NCBI GenBank assembly: GCA_963843975.1
Contig: CAWJMG010000003.1
Coordinates: forward strand, 360,001 to 392,000
Reading direction: 5' to 3'
Source: an uncultured Actinomycetes bacterium
Lineage (GTDB): Bacteria; Actinomycetota; Actinomycetes; S36-B12; CAIYMF01
Length of the DNA stretch: 32,000 nucleotides
Shown here: one piece after another, positions 1 through 10,810 of the stretch
Numbering within the stretch: the first letter of the stretch is position 1
Layout of the letters: each line of letters opens with the position of its first letter
Position numbers and translations under genes: made by a program
Notes under the pieces: generated by a model
Told to the model about the DNA's origin: nothing
What the model saw: the letters and a program-made list of their open reading frames with translations, nothing else
Databases searched by the model: none

Positions 1-296
1 AACGCGGCCACGCCCGACAGGGCCACGACAGCGACCTTCAGGGCGAGCACCGTGCTCCAGCCCGTCGGCGCCTCGGCCTGCTCGGCCATCACGTTCCACA
101 CCCCCGTGGCCACGAGCACCCAGTAGGCGGGCCACGCGATCCGGTTGTAGGCGTTCGCCGCGGCCTTGGGCAGGCTCGGGTCCTTCGCGCGCAGCACCGG
201 AACCAGCGCGGCGAGCACGAGCTGACCGCCCACCCAGACGGTCGCCGCGATCACGTGGACGAAGAGGCGTACGACGTCGAGCCAGGCGATGTCCAT
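1..296 (-). CDS. CopD-like integral membrane protein, N-terminal part only (gene continues beyond window start)
   Basis: This ORF is absent from the track because it has no stop codon in the window. The reverse complement from the ATG at 296..294 reads MDIAWLDVVRLFVHVIAATVWVGGQLVLAALVPVLRAKDPSLPKAAANAYNRIAWPAYWVLVATGVWNVMAEQ... It has G/C-rich third codon positions and hydrophobic helices. The HxxxAxxxWxGG pattern is reminiscent of CopD-type membrane proteins. Confidence 0.5.
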   Translation of the reverse strand, partial: MDIAWLDVVRLFVHVIAATVWVGGQLVLAALVPVLRAKDPSLPKAAANAYNRIAWPAYWVLVATGVWNVMAEQAEAPTGWSTVLALKVAVVALSGVAA

Positions 297-364
297 GCGC
301 CGATCCTTCCCCTCGGCGTACCGTCGAGCCACAGTGGTCGCGCCGCGACCCGGGGGGAGTCGTC

Positions 365-544
365 ATGATCTGGATCGTCCTGCTCGCCATCGCGGTCTCG
401 GTGGTCACGACCCTCGTGATCCGCGCGCGCCGCGAGACGTCGCTCGACGACGTCCGCGACGCCGAGGCCGCACGCAACCTCGGCGCCCAGCACATCGACC
501 CGGGCCACCCTGGCGGATCGGGCGCTCCGGGCCGGCTCCGCTGA
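365..544 (+). CDS. small hypothetical membrane protein (59 aa)
   Basis: Hand translation from the ATG at 365 to the TGA at 542-544 gives MIWIVLLAIAVSVVTTLVIRARRETSLDDVRDAEAARNLGAQHIDPGHPGGSGAPGRLR. It has one N-terminal TM-like helix and good GC3. It is too short for the ORF track and I recognise no homology. Confidence 0.3.
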   Translation: MIWIVLLAIAVSVVTTLVIRARRETSLDDVRDAEAARNLGAQHIDPGHPGGSGAPGRLR

Positions 545-550
545 GCACGC

Positions 551-1123
551 ATGGCTGACGAGCCCGCACTGCCCTTCGCGACCGGTGAGGACTTCGCCGC
601 GTGGATCGCGGCCCAGGAAGGCCCCGAGGGCGTCTGGCTGCGCGTGCCCATGAAGGCGTCGGAGAACCCCGGCATCGGGTACGCCGAGGCGCTGCAGGTC
701 GCCCTCGCGCACGGGTGGATCGACGGCCACAAGAAGGGCGACGACGGCAGCGGCTACTGGCTCCAGCGCTTCACGCCGCGACGGGCGCGCAGCCGCTGGT
801 CGCAGGTCAACCGCGAGCACGCCGAGCGGCTCATCGCCGACGGTCGCATGACGCCGGCCGGGCTGGCCGAGGTGCAGGCCGCGAAGGCGGACGGGCGCTG
901 GGACGCGGCGTACGCGCCGCAGAGCCGCGCCAAGGTGCCGCCCGAGCTGGCGGCGGCGTTCGACGCCACGCCCGGCGCCCGCGAGGCGTTCGAGGCCCTG
1001 GACAGTCGCAACCGCTACTCGGTGCTGCACCGCGCGGCGTCCCCGAAGACCGACAAGGGCAAGGTCGCCGCCTGCGAGCGCCTGGCCGCGATGCTCGCCC
1101 GAGGCGACAAGCCCTACCCCTGA
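551..1123 (+). CDS. YdeI/OmpD-associated (bacteriocin-protection) family protein
   Basis: The 190-aa ORF carries the family-typical WLRxPxK...GWIDGxKK...RFTPRRxRSxWSxVN...GRMTPAG and C-terminal RNRYSVLHR segments. Confidence 0.8.
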   Translation: MADEPALPFATGEDFAAWIAAQEGPEGVWLRVPMKASENPGIGYAEALQVALAHGWIDGHKKGDDGSGYWLQRFTPRRARSRWSQVNREHAERLIADGRMTPAGLAEVQAAKADGRWDAAYAPQSRAKVPPELAAAFDATPGAREAFEALDSRNRYSVLHRAASPKTDKGKVAACERLAAMLARGDKPYP

Positions 1124-1169
1124 TTCGTCGTCGTCCGGCGGTGGGGGCGCGACCTAGACTGGCTGCGTC

Positions 1170-4100
1170 ATGTCGGCCGACGTCCCTCTCCCAGCGCCGT
1201 CGGTAGCGGACCTCCGGAGCCGCCTCGACGGCGTGATGCTGCGCGACCGCAGGCGGCTCGGGCGCAGGCTCGAGGGCACCCGGAAGATCCGCGACGACGC
1301 CAAGCGCACGCTCGCCGTCGGGAAGGTCGCCGACGACGTCGCCCGTGCCGAGGCGCGCATCGCCGCTCGTCGTGCGTCGGTTCCGACGATCACCTACCCG
1401 GACCTCCCCGTGTCGGCCCGCCGCGACGACATCGCTGCGGCGATCCGCGACCACCAGGTCGTCGTGGTCGCGGGCGAGACAGGCAGCGGCAAGACCACGC
1501 AGATCCCCAAGATCCTGCTCGAGCTCGGCCGCGGCGTCGTCGGCCAGATCGGCCATACGCAGCCGCGGCGCATCGCGGCCCGCGCCGTGGCCGACCGCGT
1601 GGCGGAGGAGCTCGACGTCGAGCTGGGCGAGGCCGTCGGCTACCAGGTGCGGTTCACCGACCACTCGAGCGACCGCACGCTCGTGAAGGTGATGACCGAC
1701 GGCGTGCTGCTCGCCGAGATCCAGAACGACCGGCTGCTCGAGCGCTACGACACGATCGTCATCGACGAGGCGCACGAACGCAGCCTCACCATCGACTTCC
1801 TGCTCGGCTACCTGCGCGAGATCCTGCCGCGGCGCCCCGACCTGAAGGTCGTCGTCACCTCGGCCACGATCGACACCGCACGTTTCAGCGAGCACTTCTC
1901 CGACGCACCGATCATCGAGGTGAGCGGGCGCACGTACCCGGTGGACGTCGTCTACGAGCCGTACGGCGTCGAGGACGGCGACGACCGCGACCAGATCGCC
2001 GCCATCTGCGACGCCGTGAAGGTGCTGCAGGGCCAGGGGACGGGCGACGTCCTCGTGTTCCTGTCCGGCGAGCGCGAGATCCGCGACACGGCCGATGCGC
2101 TGCGGGGGCTGAAGCTGCGCGACACCGAGATCCTGCCGCTCTACGCCCGCCTCTCGGCACAGGAGCAGCACCGGGTGTTCGAGGCGCACAGCGGCCGCCG
2201 AGTCGTGCTCGCCACCAACGTCGCCGAGACCTCGCTCACCGTCCCGGGCATCCGCTACGTCGTCGATCCCGGGCAGGCGCGCATCTCCCGCTACTCGGCA
2301 CGGCTCAAGGTGCAGCGGCTCCCGATCGAGGCGATCTCGCAGGCGAGCGCCAACCAGCGCAGCGGCCGGTGCGGACGCGTCGCGGACGGCATCGCGATCC
2401 GGCTCTACTCCGAGGAGGACTTCCTCGCCCGCCCGGAGTTCACCGAGCCGGAGATCCTGCGCACCAACCTGGCGTCGGTCATCCTGCAGATGACCGCGCT
2501 CGGGCTCGGCGACGTCGAGCAGTTCCCGTTCGTGGAGCCCCCCGACTCCCGCCAGGTGCGCGACGGCGTCGACCTGCTGCGCGAGCTCGGCGCCCTCGAG
2601 CCCGGGAAGGACCTGCGGCTCACCGAGATCGGGCGACGCCTCGCCCGCCTCCCGCTCGACCCGCGGCTCGGCCGCATGGTGCTCGAGGCCGAGACGCAGG
2701 GCTGCGTCGCGGAGCTCCTCGTGATCGCGAGCGCGCTGTCGATCCAGGACCCGCGCGAGCGGCCGGTCGACAAGCAGGCGCAGGCCGACCAGATGCACGC
2801 GCGCTTCAGGGACCCGACGAGCGACTTCCTCGCGCACCTCGCGCTGTGGGGCTATCTGCGCGAGCAGCAGCGCGAGCGCAGCGGCAACAACTTCCGACGG
2901 ATGTGCCGCGACGAGTTCCTGCACTACCTGCGGGTGCGCGAGTGGCAGGACGTCCACTCGCAGCTGCGGCAGGCGTGCAAGGACCTCGGCATCGAGGTCG
3001 GCCGTCTCGGCACCGCCGACGGCGGCGCGCACGACCCCGCCGCTGTTCACCGCGCTCTCGTCGCCGGCCTGCTGTCGCACGTGGGCTCGTGGGACCCGGC
3101 GCGCCGTGACTACCTCGGGGCGCGCGGCGCGCGCTGGGCGATCCATCCCGGGTCGGCGCTGTCGCGCAAGCCGCCGCAGTTCGCCGTCGCCGCGGAGCTC
3201 GTCGAGACCTCGCGGCTCTTCGGTCGCGTCGTCGCACGCGTCGACCCCGAGGCTGTCGAGAAGATCGCGGGCGACCTGGTGCAGCGCTCGTACTCCGAGC
3301 CTCGCTGGTCCGCGAAGCGCGCGGCCGTCGTCGCCGACGAGCGCGTGACGCTGTACGGCGTGCCCCTCGTGGTCGGTCGACGTGTGCAGTACGGCCGCAT
3401 AGACCCCGTGGTCTCGCGCGACCTGTTCATCCGGCACGCGCTCGTCGGTGGCGAGTGGGACTCGCACCACCACTTCGTGCGCGACAACGAGCGTGCCGTC
3501 GCCGAGGTGTCCGAGCTCGAGGACCGCGTGCGGCGCCGCGACCTCCTCGTCGACGACGAGGTGCTCGTGGAGTTCTTCGACGAGCGGATCCCGGCCACGA
3601 TCAACGACGGCAGGTCGTTCGACCGCTGGTGGCGCGCGGAGCGGCGTACGACGCCTGATCTGCTCACCTACCCGCGCGAGCTCATCGTGCGCAGCGTGGG
3701 GGAGGACGTCGACTCCGACTTCCCGCGGTCGTGGTCGTTCGGGTCGTTCGACGTCGAGCTGCCGCTGTCGTACGCGTTCGAGCCCGGAGCAGCCGTCGAC
3801 GGCGTCACCGTCGACCTGCCGATAGCCCTTCTGCCGCAAGCGCATCCGGACGACTTTCTCTGGCAGGTGCCCGGGCGCCGGGAGGAGGTCGTCACCGCGC
3901 TGATCCGCGGACTGCCGAAGAACCTGCGCACGGCGTTCGTGCCCGTGCCCGACACCGCGCGCGCCGTCCTCGAGACCCTGCAGCCGGGGGAGCGCGGCCT
4001 GCTCGACTCCCTGGGCCACACCCTCACGCGGATGTCCGGCGTGGTCGTGCCGTACGACGCGTGGGCTCCCGAGGCGATCCCGGACCACCTGCGCGTCACG

Positions 4101-5111
4101 ATCCGGGTGGTCGACGACGCCGGTGCCGAGGTGGCGTCGGGCAAGGACCTCGCCGCGCTGCAGCAGCAGCTCGCCCCGGCGGTGGCCGAGACGATCTCGC
4201 ACGCCTCGCGCGACCTCGAGGTGCGCGGGCTCACGGAGTTCCCGGCCGAGGGCGTCGAGCGGGTCGTCGAGGAGACCCACGGCGAGCACGTCGTGCAGGG
4301 CTGGCCGGCCCTCGTCGACGCGGGGGAGTCGGTCGATCTGCGCGTGCGCGTGACGCACGCCGAGCAGGTCGTCGCGATGCGCACAGGTGTACGGCGTCTG
4401 ATGCGCCTGCGCACGCCCGTGCCCGTGCGCTACGTCGTCGGCGTGCTGAGCATGAAGGAGAAGATCGCGCTGGGGCACACGCCGCACGGCTCCGTGCCAG
4501 CGCTGCTCGACGACGCGCTCGGCGCCTGTCTCGATGCCGGCGTCGCACGGGCGGCCGCGGGCGCGCCGGCCGGCTTCGCGGACGGCCTGCCGTGGACGCG
4601 TCCGGCGTACGACGCGGCTCTCGCAGCGGCGCAGGACCGCCTCGGGGACGAGGTGCTGCGCGTGGTGAAGCAGGCTGCCCTCGTGCTGGAGCTCTCGACC
4701 GAGGTGCGCACCCGCCTTCCCGGCGTCACCGCGCCGAAGCTCGCGGGCCTGCGCCGCGACGTCGAGGCGCAGGTCGACGCGCTGCTGCCCGATGGCTTCA
4801 TCACGCTCGCCGGTGTCGACCGCATGCCCGACCTCGTCCGCTACCTGCGGGCCGTCGTGCGCCGGCTCGACACCGCGCCCGAGGACACCGGCCGTGATGC
4901 GCTGCGGCAGAGCCAGATCGAGGCGATCACCGACGAGTGGCGGGACGTCGTCGCAGCGCTGCATCCCGCCGAGCGCGAGTCGGCGGCCGCGCAGGACGTG
5001 CGCTGGATGATCGAGGAGCTGCGGGTGAACCTGTTCGCCCAGAACCTCGGCACCAAGCATCCCGTCAGCGACAAGCGCATCCAGAAGGCGCTCGACGCCC
5101 TGCTGGCCTGA
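1170..5111 (+). CDS. hrpA: ATP-dependent RNA helicase HrpA (DEAH-box)
   Basis: The 1313-aa ORF has Walker A GETGSGKTT, the DEAH box VIDEAHERS, TSAT, TNVAETSLTVPGIRYVVD and motif VI QRSGRCGR. The long HA2/OB and C-terminal extension is typical of HrpA. Confidence 0.95.
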   Translation: MSADVPLPAPSVADLRSRLDGVMLRDRRRLGRRLEGTRKIRDDAKRTLAVGKVADDVARAEARIAARRASVPTITYPDLPVSARRDDIAAAIRDHQVVVVAGETGSGKTTQIPKILLELGRGVVGQIGHTQPRRIAARAVADRVAEELDVELGEAVGYQVRFTDHSSDRTLVKVMTDGVLLAEIQNDRLLERYDTIVIDEAHERSLTIDFLLGYLREILPRRPDLKVVVTSATIDTARFSEHFSDAPIIEVSGRTYPVDVVYEPYGVEDGDDRDQIAAICDAVKVLQGQGTGDVLVFLSGEREIRDTADALRGLKLRDTEILPLYARLSAQEQHRVFEAHSGRRVVLATNVAETSLTVPGIRYVVDPGQARISRYSARLKVQRLPIEAISQASANQRSGRCGRVADGIAIRLYSEEDFLARPEFTEPEILRTNLASVILQMTALGLGDVEQFPFVEPPDSRQVRDGVDLLRELGALEPGKDLRLTEIGRRLARLPLDPRLGRMVLEAETQGCVAELLVIASALSIQDPRERPVDKQAQADQMHARFRDPTSDFLAHLALWGYLREQQRERSGNNFRRMCRDEFLHYLRVREWQDVHSQLRQACKDLGIEVGRLGTADGGAHDPAAVHRALVAGLLSHVGSWDPARRDYLGARGARWAIHPGSALSRKPPQFAVAAELVETSRLFGRVVARVDPEAVEKIAGDLVQRSYSEPRWSAKRAAVVADERVTLYGVPLVVGRRVQYGRIDPVVSRDLFIRHALVGGEWDSHHHFVRDNERAVAEVSELEDRVRRRDLLVDDEVLVEFFDERIPATINDGRSFDRWWRAERRTTPDLLTYPRELIVRSVGEDVDSDFPRSWSFGSFDVELPLSYAFEPGAAVDGVTVDLPIALLPQAHPDDFLWQVPGRREEVVTALIRGLPKNLRTAFVPVPDTARAVLETLQPGERGLLDSLGHTLTRMSGVVVPYDAWAPEAIPDHLRVTIRVVDDAGAEVASGKDLAALQQQLAPAVAETISHASRDLEVRGLTEFPAEGVERVVEETHGEHVVQGWPALVDAGESVDLRVRVTHAEQVVAMRTGVRRLMRLRTPVPVRYVVGVLSMKEKIALGHTPHGSVPALLDDALGACLDAGVARAAAGAPAGFADGLPWTRPAYDAALAAAQDRLGDEVLRVVKQAALVLELSTEVRTRLPGVTAPKLAGLRRDVEAQVDALLPDGFITLAGVDRMPDLVRYLRAVVRRLDTAPEDTGRDALRQSQIEAITDEWRDVVAALHPAERESAAAQDVRWMIEELRVNLFAQNLGTKHPVSDKRIQKALDALLA

Positions 5112-5132
5112 CCCACCCGCTCACCCTGATCA

Positions 5133-5165
5133 ATCCGTCGTTTCCGGCACCGGGTGACGACGGAT
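5133..5165 (+). terminator. possible stem-loop terminator after hrpA
   Basis: The inverted repeat atccgtcgt ... acgacggat (9 bp) encloses a second short ccgg/ccgg stem. It lies 22 nt after the hrpA stop. There is no U-tract. Confidence 0.3.
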
Positions 5166-5181
5166 CGATCGGTCTCACGGG

Positions 5182-5922
5182 GTGGGATACGCCGGTGCCG
5201 GTGCTCGCGACGTCTGGTTGGGTGTGCAGGTGCACCAGGAGCCCCCACCGTCCGCTGCGCGCAGGGTGCTCGCGTTCCTCAAGGGGTCCGCGACGATCCC
5301 GCGCACCCGGTGGACGGCGCGGCAGTTCTGGCGGCCGACTCCCGGCTCGGTCTTCTCGTTGCTCCTCGGGCTCACGCTGTTCGGCATCGGGGAGGCGCTG
5401 CTCCTCGTCGCCGACCTCGGCGCCACCCCGTGGACCGTGCTGGCTCAGGGCATCAGCCTGCGCACCGGTGCGTCGATCGGCTGGGTGACGTTCGGCGTGA
5501 GCACCGTGGTGCTGCTGCTGTGGATCCCGCTGCGGCAGAAGCCGGGCCTCGGCACGCTCGCCAACATCGTCGTCATCGCGCTCGTGCTCGACCTCGCCTA
5601 CTCGTGGCTGCCCGTGCCCACCACCCTCGGCCTTCGCTACGTCGTCATGGCCCTCGGCATCGTGGTGATCGGGCTCGGCAGCGGCTTCTACCTGACGGCG
5701 GGGCACGGCCCGGGCCCGCGCGACGGCTGGATGACCGGCCTGCACCACCGCACCGGCCGCCCGGTCGCCCAGATCCGGCTCGGCATCGAGATCGTCGTGC
5801 TCACGGTGGGCTGGCTGCTCGGCGGCACCGTCGGCATCGGAACGGCGCTGTTCGCCCTGCTCATCGGGCAGTCGGTCGCGCTCGGGCTCACCCTGGTGCG
5901 ACACCTCGCGCCGCCCGCCTGA
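5182..5922 (+). CDS. YczE/YitT-like multi-pass membrane protein (start uncertain)
   Basis: The 246-aa ORF contains GLTLFGIGEALLLVADLGATPWTVLAQGIS and later GxGFYLTAGHGPGPRDGWM, which are characteristic of the YczE-type membrane protein family. The N-terminal ~40 aa may be over-extension. Confidence 0.7.
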   Translation: MGYAGAGARDVWLGVQVHQEPPPSAARRVLAFLKGSATIPRTRWTARQFWRPTPGSVFSLLLGLTLFGIGEALLLVADLGATPWTVLAQGISLRTGASIGWVTFGVSTVVLLLWIPLRQKPGLGTLANIVVIALVLDLAYSWLPVPTTLGLRYVVMALGIVVIGLGSGFYLTAGHGPGPRDGWMTGLHHRTGRPVAQIRLGIEIVVLTVGWLLGGTVGIGTALFALLIGQSVALGLTLVRHLAPPA

Positions 5923-6004
5923 GCCGTGTCCGGTCGTCGTGTGACCGGTCAGAGAAGGCCTCTCCGGCTGGGCCTTGAGGATTCCTTGCGCTTACCGTGA
6001 AGAC

Positions 6005-6574
6005 ATGGGGAGCAACGCCCGCCGGGCCGCAGGGATCGTCGTCGCAGGAGCAGTGGCTCTCGCAGGCACCGCCCTGCTCATCGCGCCGACGGCCGGCGGC
6101 GACCTGGTCGTCGGGGTGCTCGCGATCGTGGTGGTGCTCGGCGTGCTGCAGGTGATGATCGGGCTCTCGGTGATCGCCGGTGGCCAGCCGCTCGACCGCG
6201 CTGTGGTCGACCGTGCCGCCTGGGGCGCCGGCTGGGTGCTCGACGGCACCCGCGCGATCGGCCTCGCCGTCTCGATCTGGATGATCTTCGCGCCCGACGC
6301 CGGGCCGATCTCACCCGCGGGCTGGGTGATCCTCGCGGCCGTCCTGCTGTCGGCGCCGTACTCCCGTCGGCTCGACACCCGCGCGGTGCCGGCGCTGGCT
6401 CCGGGTACGTACGTCGTCCGCGCCACCCCTGCCCCGATGCCGCAGGTGCTGCCGCTGCTGCGCGCCGTCGAGCCCGTGCGGCAGCCCGCGCCGGTTCGAG
6501 TGCTGCACGCCGTGCGGTCAGCAGAGCCGGTGCTCGAGCCCCGTCGCCTGCACCGCATCGACACCCGCCTCTAG
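6005..6574 (+). CDS. hypothetical membrane protein
   Basis: The ORF 5975..6574 was trimmed to the ATG at 6005 (MGSNARRAAGIVVAGAVALAGTALL...). It has four hydrophobic helices followed by a Pro/Ala/Val-rich tail. I recognise no family. Confidence 0.55.
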   Translation: MGSNARRAAGIVVAGAVALAGTALLIAPTAGGDLVVGVLAIVVVLGVLQVMIGLSVIAGGQPLDRAVVDRAAWGAGWVLDGTRAIGLAVSIWMIFAPDAGPISPAGWVILAAVLLSAPYSRRLDTRAVPALAPGTYVVRATPAPMPQVLPLLRAVEPVRQPAPVRVLHAVRSAEPVLEPRRLHRIDTRL

Positions 6575-6585
6575 TCCGGCACGAC

Positions 6586-6619
6586 GAACGCCCTCCCGCT
6601 CGCAGGCGGGAGGGCGTTC
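6586..6619. terminator. bidirectional stem-loop terminator between convergent genes
   Basis: A perfect 14-bp inverted repeat, gaacgccctcccgc (6586-6599) and gcgggagggcgttc (6606-6619), has a 6-nt loop. It sits between the stop at 6574 (+) and the stop at 6640 (-). Confidence 0.6.
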
Positions 6620-6639
6620 GCGTGACGGGACGAGGCTCC

Positions 6640-7659
6640 TCAGGTCTTCGCCAGGCCGTGCTCGGCGAGCGCCGGCATCACCTTCTGCGCGTACGCCTTC
6701 AGGGTCGAGTCCTGGGCGTCGTGCTGCAGGTAGATGGCGAACTGGTCCACCCCGAGGTCGCGCAGGGCCTTGAGCCGTTCGATGTGAGCCTCCGCGGGGC
6801 CGAGGACGCAGAAGCGGTCGACGATCTCGTCGGGCACGAACTCCACGTGCGCGTTCCCTGCGCGGCCGTGGGAGTTGTAGTCGTACCCCTGACGGCCGGC
6901 GATGTAGTCGGTGAGGGCCTGCGGAACCGCGGCACCGCCTGCGCCGTACCTCTCCACGATGTCGGCGACGTGGTTGCCCACCATCCCGCCGAACCACCGC
7001 ACCTGGTCGCGCTGGTGCGCGATGTCGTCGCCGACGTACGCCGGGGCCGCGACGCAGATCTTGACCGACATCGGGTCGCGGCCGGCCTGCTCCGCCGCCC
7101 TTCGCACCGCGGCGATGCTCCACTCGGCGATCGACAGGTCGGCGAGCTGCAGGATGAAGCCGTCGGCGACCTCTCCAGTGAGCGCCAGCGCCTTCGGGCC
7201 GTAGGCAGCGACGTACATGTCGAGCTGGCTGCCCTTGCTCCAGGGCAGGCGCAGGTGGCTGCCGTTGTGGTCGACCGACCGGCCGTTCGCGAGCTCGCGG
7301 ATCACGTGGATGCTCTCGCGGAGCTCGGCCAGGGTGGACGGCCGGCCGTTGGTCACCCGCACCGCCGAGTCGCCGCGGCCGATGCCGCAGACGGTGCGGT
7401 TGCCGAACATGTCGTTGAGCGTCGCGTACGTCGACGCGGTCACGGTCCAGTCGCGCGTGGCCGGGTTGGTGACCATCGGGCCGACGATGACGCGGTTGGT
7501 CTGCGACAGGATCTGGCTGTAGATGACGTACGGCTCCTGCCACAGCAGGTGCGAGTCGAAGGTCCAGACGTGGGTGAACCCCGCGATCTCGGCCTTCTTC
7601 GCCAGGTCGACCACCCGCCAGGCGGGCGGGTTGCACTGCAGCACGACTCCGAAGTCCAC
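6640..7659 (-). CDS. LLM-class (luciferase-like) flavin/F420-dependent oxidoreductase
   Basis: The ORF 6640..7806 was trimmed to the GTG at 7659, which is preceded by AGGAG. The product VDFGVVLQCNPPAWRVVDLAKKAEIAGFTHVWTFDSHLLWQEPYV...GIGRGDSA... has a TIM-barrel LLM signature. It lies 8 nt downstream of the dihydropyrimidinase stop. Confidence 0.85.
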   Translation of the reverse strand: MDFGVVLQCNPPAWRVVDLAKKAEIAGFTHVWTFDSHLLWQEPYVIYSQILSQTNRVIVGPMVTNPATRDWTVTASTYATLNDMFGNRTVCGIGRGDSAVRVTNGRPSTLAELRESIHVIRELANGRSVDHNGSHLRLPWSKGSQLDMYVAAYGPKALALTGEVADGFILQLADLSIAEWSIAAVRRAAEQAGRDPMSVKICVAAPAYVGDDIAHQRDQVRWFGGMVGNHVADIVERYGAGGAAVPQALTDYIAGRQGYDYNSHGRAGNAHVEFVPDEIVDRFCVLGPAEAHIERLKALRDLGVDQFAIYLQHDAQDSTLKAYAQKVMPALAEHGLAKT

Positions 7660-7667
7660 GCCAGCTC

Positions 7668-9079
<1,412 letters not shown>

Positions 9080-9083
<4 letters not shown>

Positions 9084-9916
9084 GGCTGCACCAGGTCGCC
9101 GTAGGCCTCGGGCCGACGGTCGCGGTAGAAGGCCCAGCGGTTGCGCACCTCGGTCAGCAGCTCGAGGTCGAGGTCGCGGATGACGAGCTCGGGGGAGTGG
9201 GTGTCGGCGACGTCGCCCACGAAGGCGCCCTGCGGGTCGACGAAGTACGACGTGCCGTAGAAGTCGTCGTCACCCAGGTCCTCGATGCCCACGCGGTTGA
9301 TCGCGCCGATGAAGTACTCGTTCGCGACCGCGGCGGCCGGCTGCTCGAGCTTCCAGAGGTACGACGACAGCCCGCGCGAGGTGGCCGAGGGGTTGAACAC
9401 GATCTGCGCACCGTTGAGGCCGAGCGCGCGCCAGCCCTCCGGGAAGTGCCGGTCGTAGCAGATGTAGACGCCGACCTTGCCGACCGCGGTGTCGAACACG
9501 GGGAAGCCGAGGTTGCCGGGACGGAAGTAGAACTTCTCCCAGAAGCCCTTCACGTGGGGGATGTGGTGCTTGCGGTACTTGCCGAGGTAGCGGCCGTCGG
9601 CGTCGATGACGGCCGCGGTGTTGTAGAGGAACCCGGGCTGCTCCTGCTCGTACATAGGCAGGACCATCACCATCGACAGATCCCGGGCGAGCGCCTGGAA
9701 CCGCTCGACGATGGGACCGGGCACAGCCTCGGCGTACTCGTAGAAGGCGGGGTCCTGCACCTGGCAGAAGTACGGCCCGTAGAACAGCTCCTGGAAGCAG
9801 ATGACCTGGGCCCCCTGGGCGGCTGCCTCGCGCGCGTAGTGCTCGTGCGCGACGATCATCGATTCCTTGTCGCCGGTCCACGAGGTCTGGACGAGGGCGG
9901 CTCTGACCACGGACAC
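9080..9916 (-). CDS. beta-ureidopropionase-type nitrilase-superfamily C-N hydrolase
   Basis: The ORF 9080..9967 was trimmed to the GTG at 9916, which has GGAGG 6 nt upstream. The Glu-Lys-Cys triad contexts are CFQELF, YRKHHIP and VYICYDRHFPE. Position immediately upstream of dihydropyrimidinase fits this call. Confidence 0.85.
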
Positions 9917-10066
9917 GGTCGCCTCCAGAGGCACGTGCCGGCCCGCAGGGCCGACGGAAGACCTCACTTAACCCCGAGACCGGGGTGGCGGCAATCGGTT
10001 CGCCGAGATGTTCACACGCGCGTTGCGCGCGGCACGACAGGCAACGCGTGCACGGTCCGCCACGGA

Positions 10067-10708
10067 CTAGTCGATGCGGACGACGTCGCCGTTCGCGGTC
10101 TTGAAGTGAACGGCCACCAGGCCGGGTTCGTCGGCGTCGACCCACTGCACGTCGGTGCCGTCGATCGGCGTCGCGACGCTGCCGCCGAGCCACTCGCGGA
10201 TGCGGTCCTTGTCTCCGGCGAGCTCGCACGACACGGCCGACACGTGCGCGGGGTGCGCCTGCGACGGGTGCTGCGACGGGTCGCTCGTCCACTGGAGGAA
10301 GAAGGGGAGCGAGGGGTCCTCGCGGAGCTCGGTGATGCCGAGCTGCTTCCAGGTGAGGTCGTAGCCGTCGGGGCGCACGCGGTGGCCGTCGATGGCGCTG
10401 CGGCCGACGCGCTGCTCGACCGGCGCGATGTCGTCGACCGCGACGACCCAGCCGAGCCAGCCGCCGCCGTCCTCGGCGCGGGCGCGCACTGCCTGGCCGA
10501 ACGGGGCCTTGTCAGCGGCGGGGTGGTCGAGTGCTGCGACGACCTCGAGGTAGACGCCGCCCTCGAGCGGGAGGATGAAGTTGCGGGTGCCGAAGCGGGG
10601 GTGCCGGCCGCCGTCCTCGAAGGAGCCGCCGAGCTGCTGGCCGAGCCGCTGGACCGTGTCGACGAGCTCGTTGTGCGACACGGCGTAGGAGACGTGGTCC
10701 AGGCGCAT
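10067..10708 (-). CDS. VOC (glyoxalase-like) family protein
   Basis: The ORF was trimmed to MRLDHVSYAV... The LDHV start and overall pattern match glyoxalase-like domain proteins. Confidence 0.7.
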   Translation of the reverse strand: MRLDHVSYAVSHNELVDTVQRLGQQLGGSFEDGGRHPRFGTRNFILPLEGGVYLEVVAALDHPAADKAPFGQAVRARAEDGGGWLGWVVAVDDIAPVEQRVGRSAIDGHRVRPDGYDLTWKQLGITELREDPSLPFFLQWTSDPSQHPSQAHPAHVSAVSCELAGDKDRIREWLGGSVATPIDGTDVQWVDADEPGLVAVHFKTANGDVVRID

Positions 10709-10810
10709 AAAGGGATCCTGCCGCACCCGCGAAACCGCTCGCGCAGGGGGGTGGGGTGTCCGGCGTCAAGCCTTGTGCTGTATGGTGATCCGCCCGCTAC
10801 AAGATCGCGG

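Noticed and set aside
831-5060. 1409-aa ORF antisense to hrpA, plus many nested ORFs in the same span
   Set aside because: Its composition is dominated by R/A/G/P/D/L with no motifs. This is the classic antisense shadow ORF of a high-GC gene. The plus strand carries unmistakable DEAH helicase motifs.
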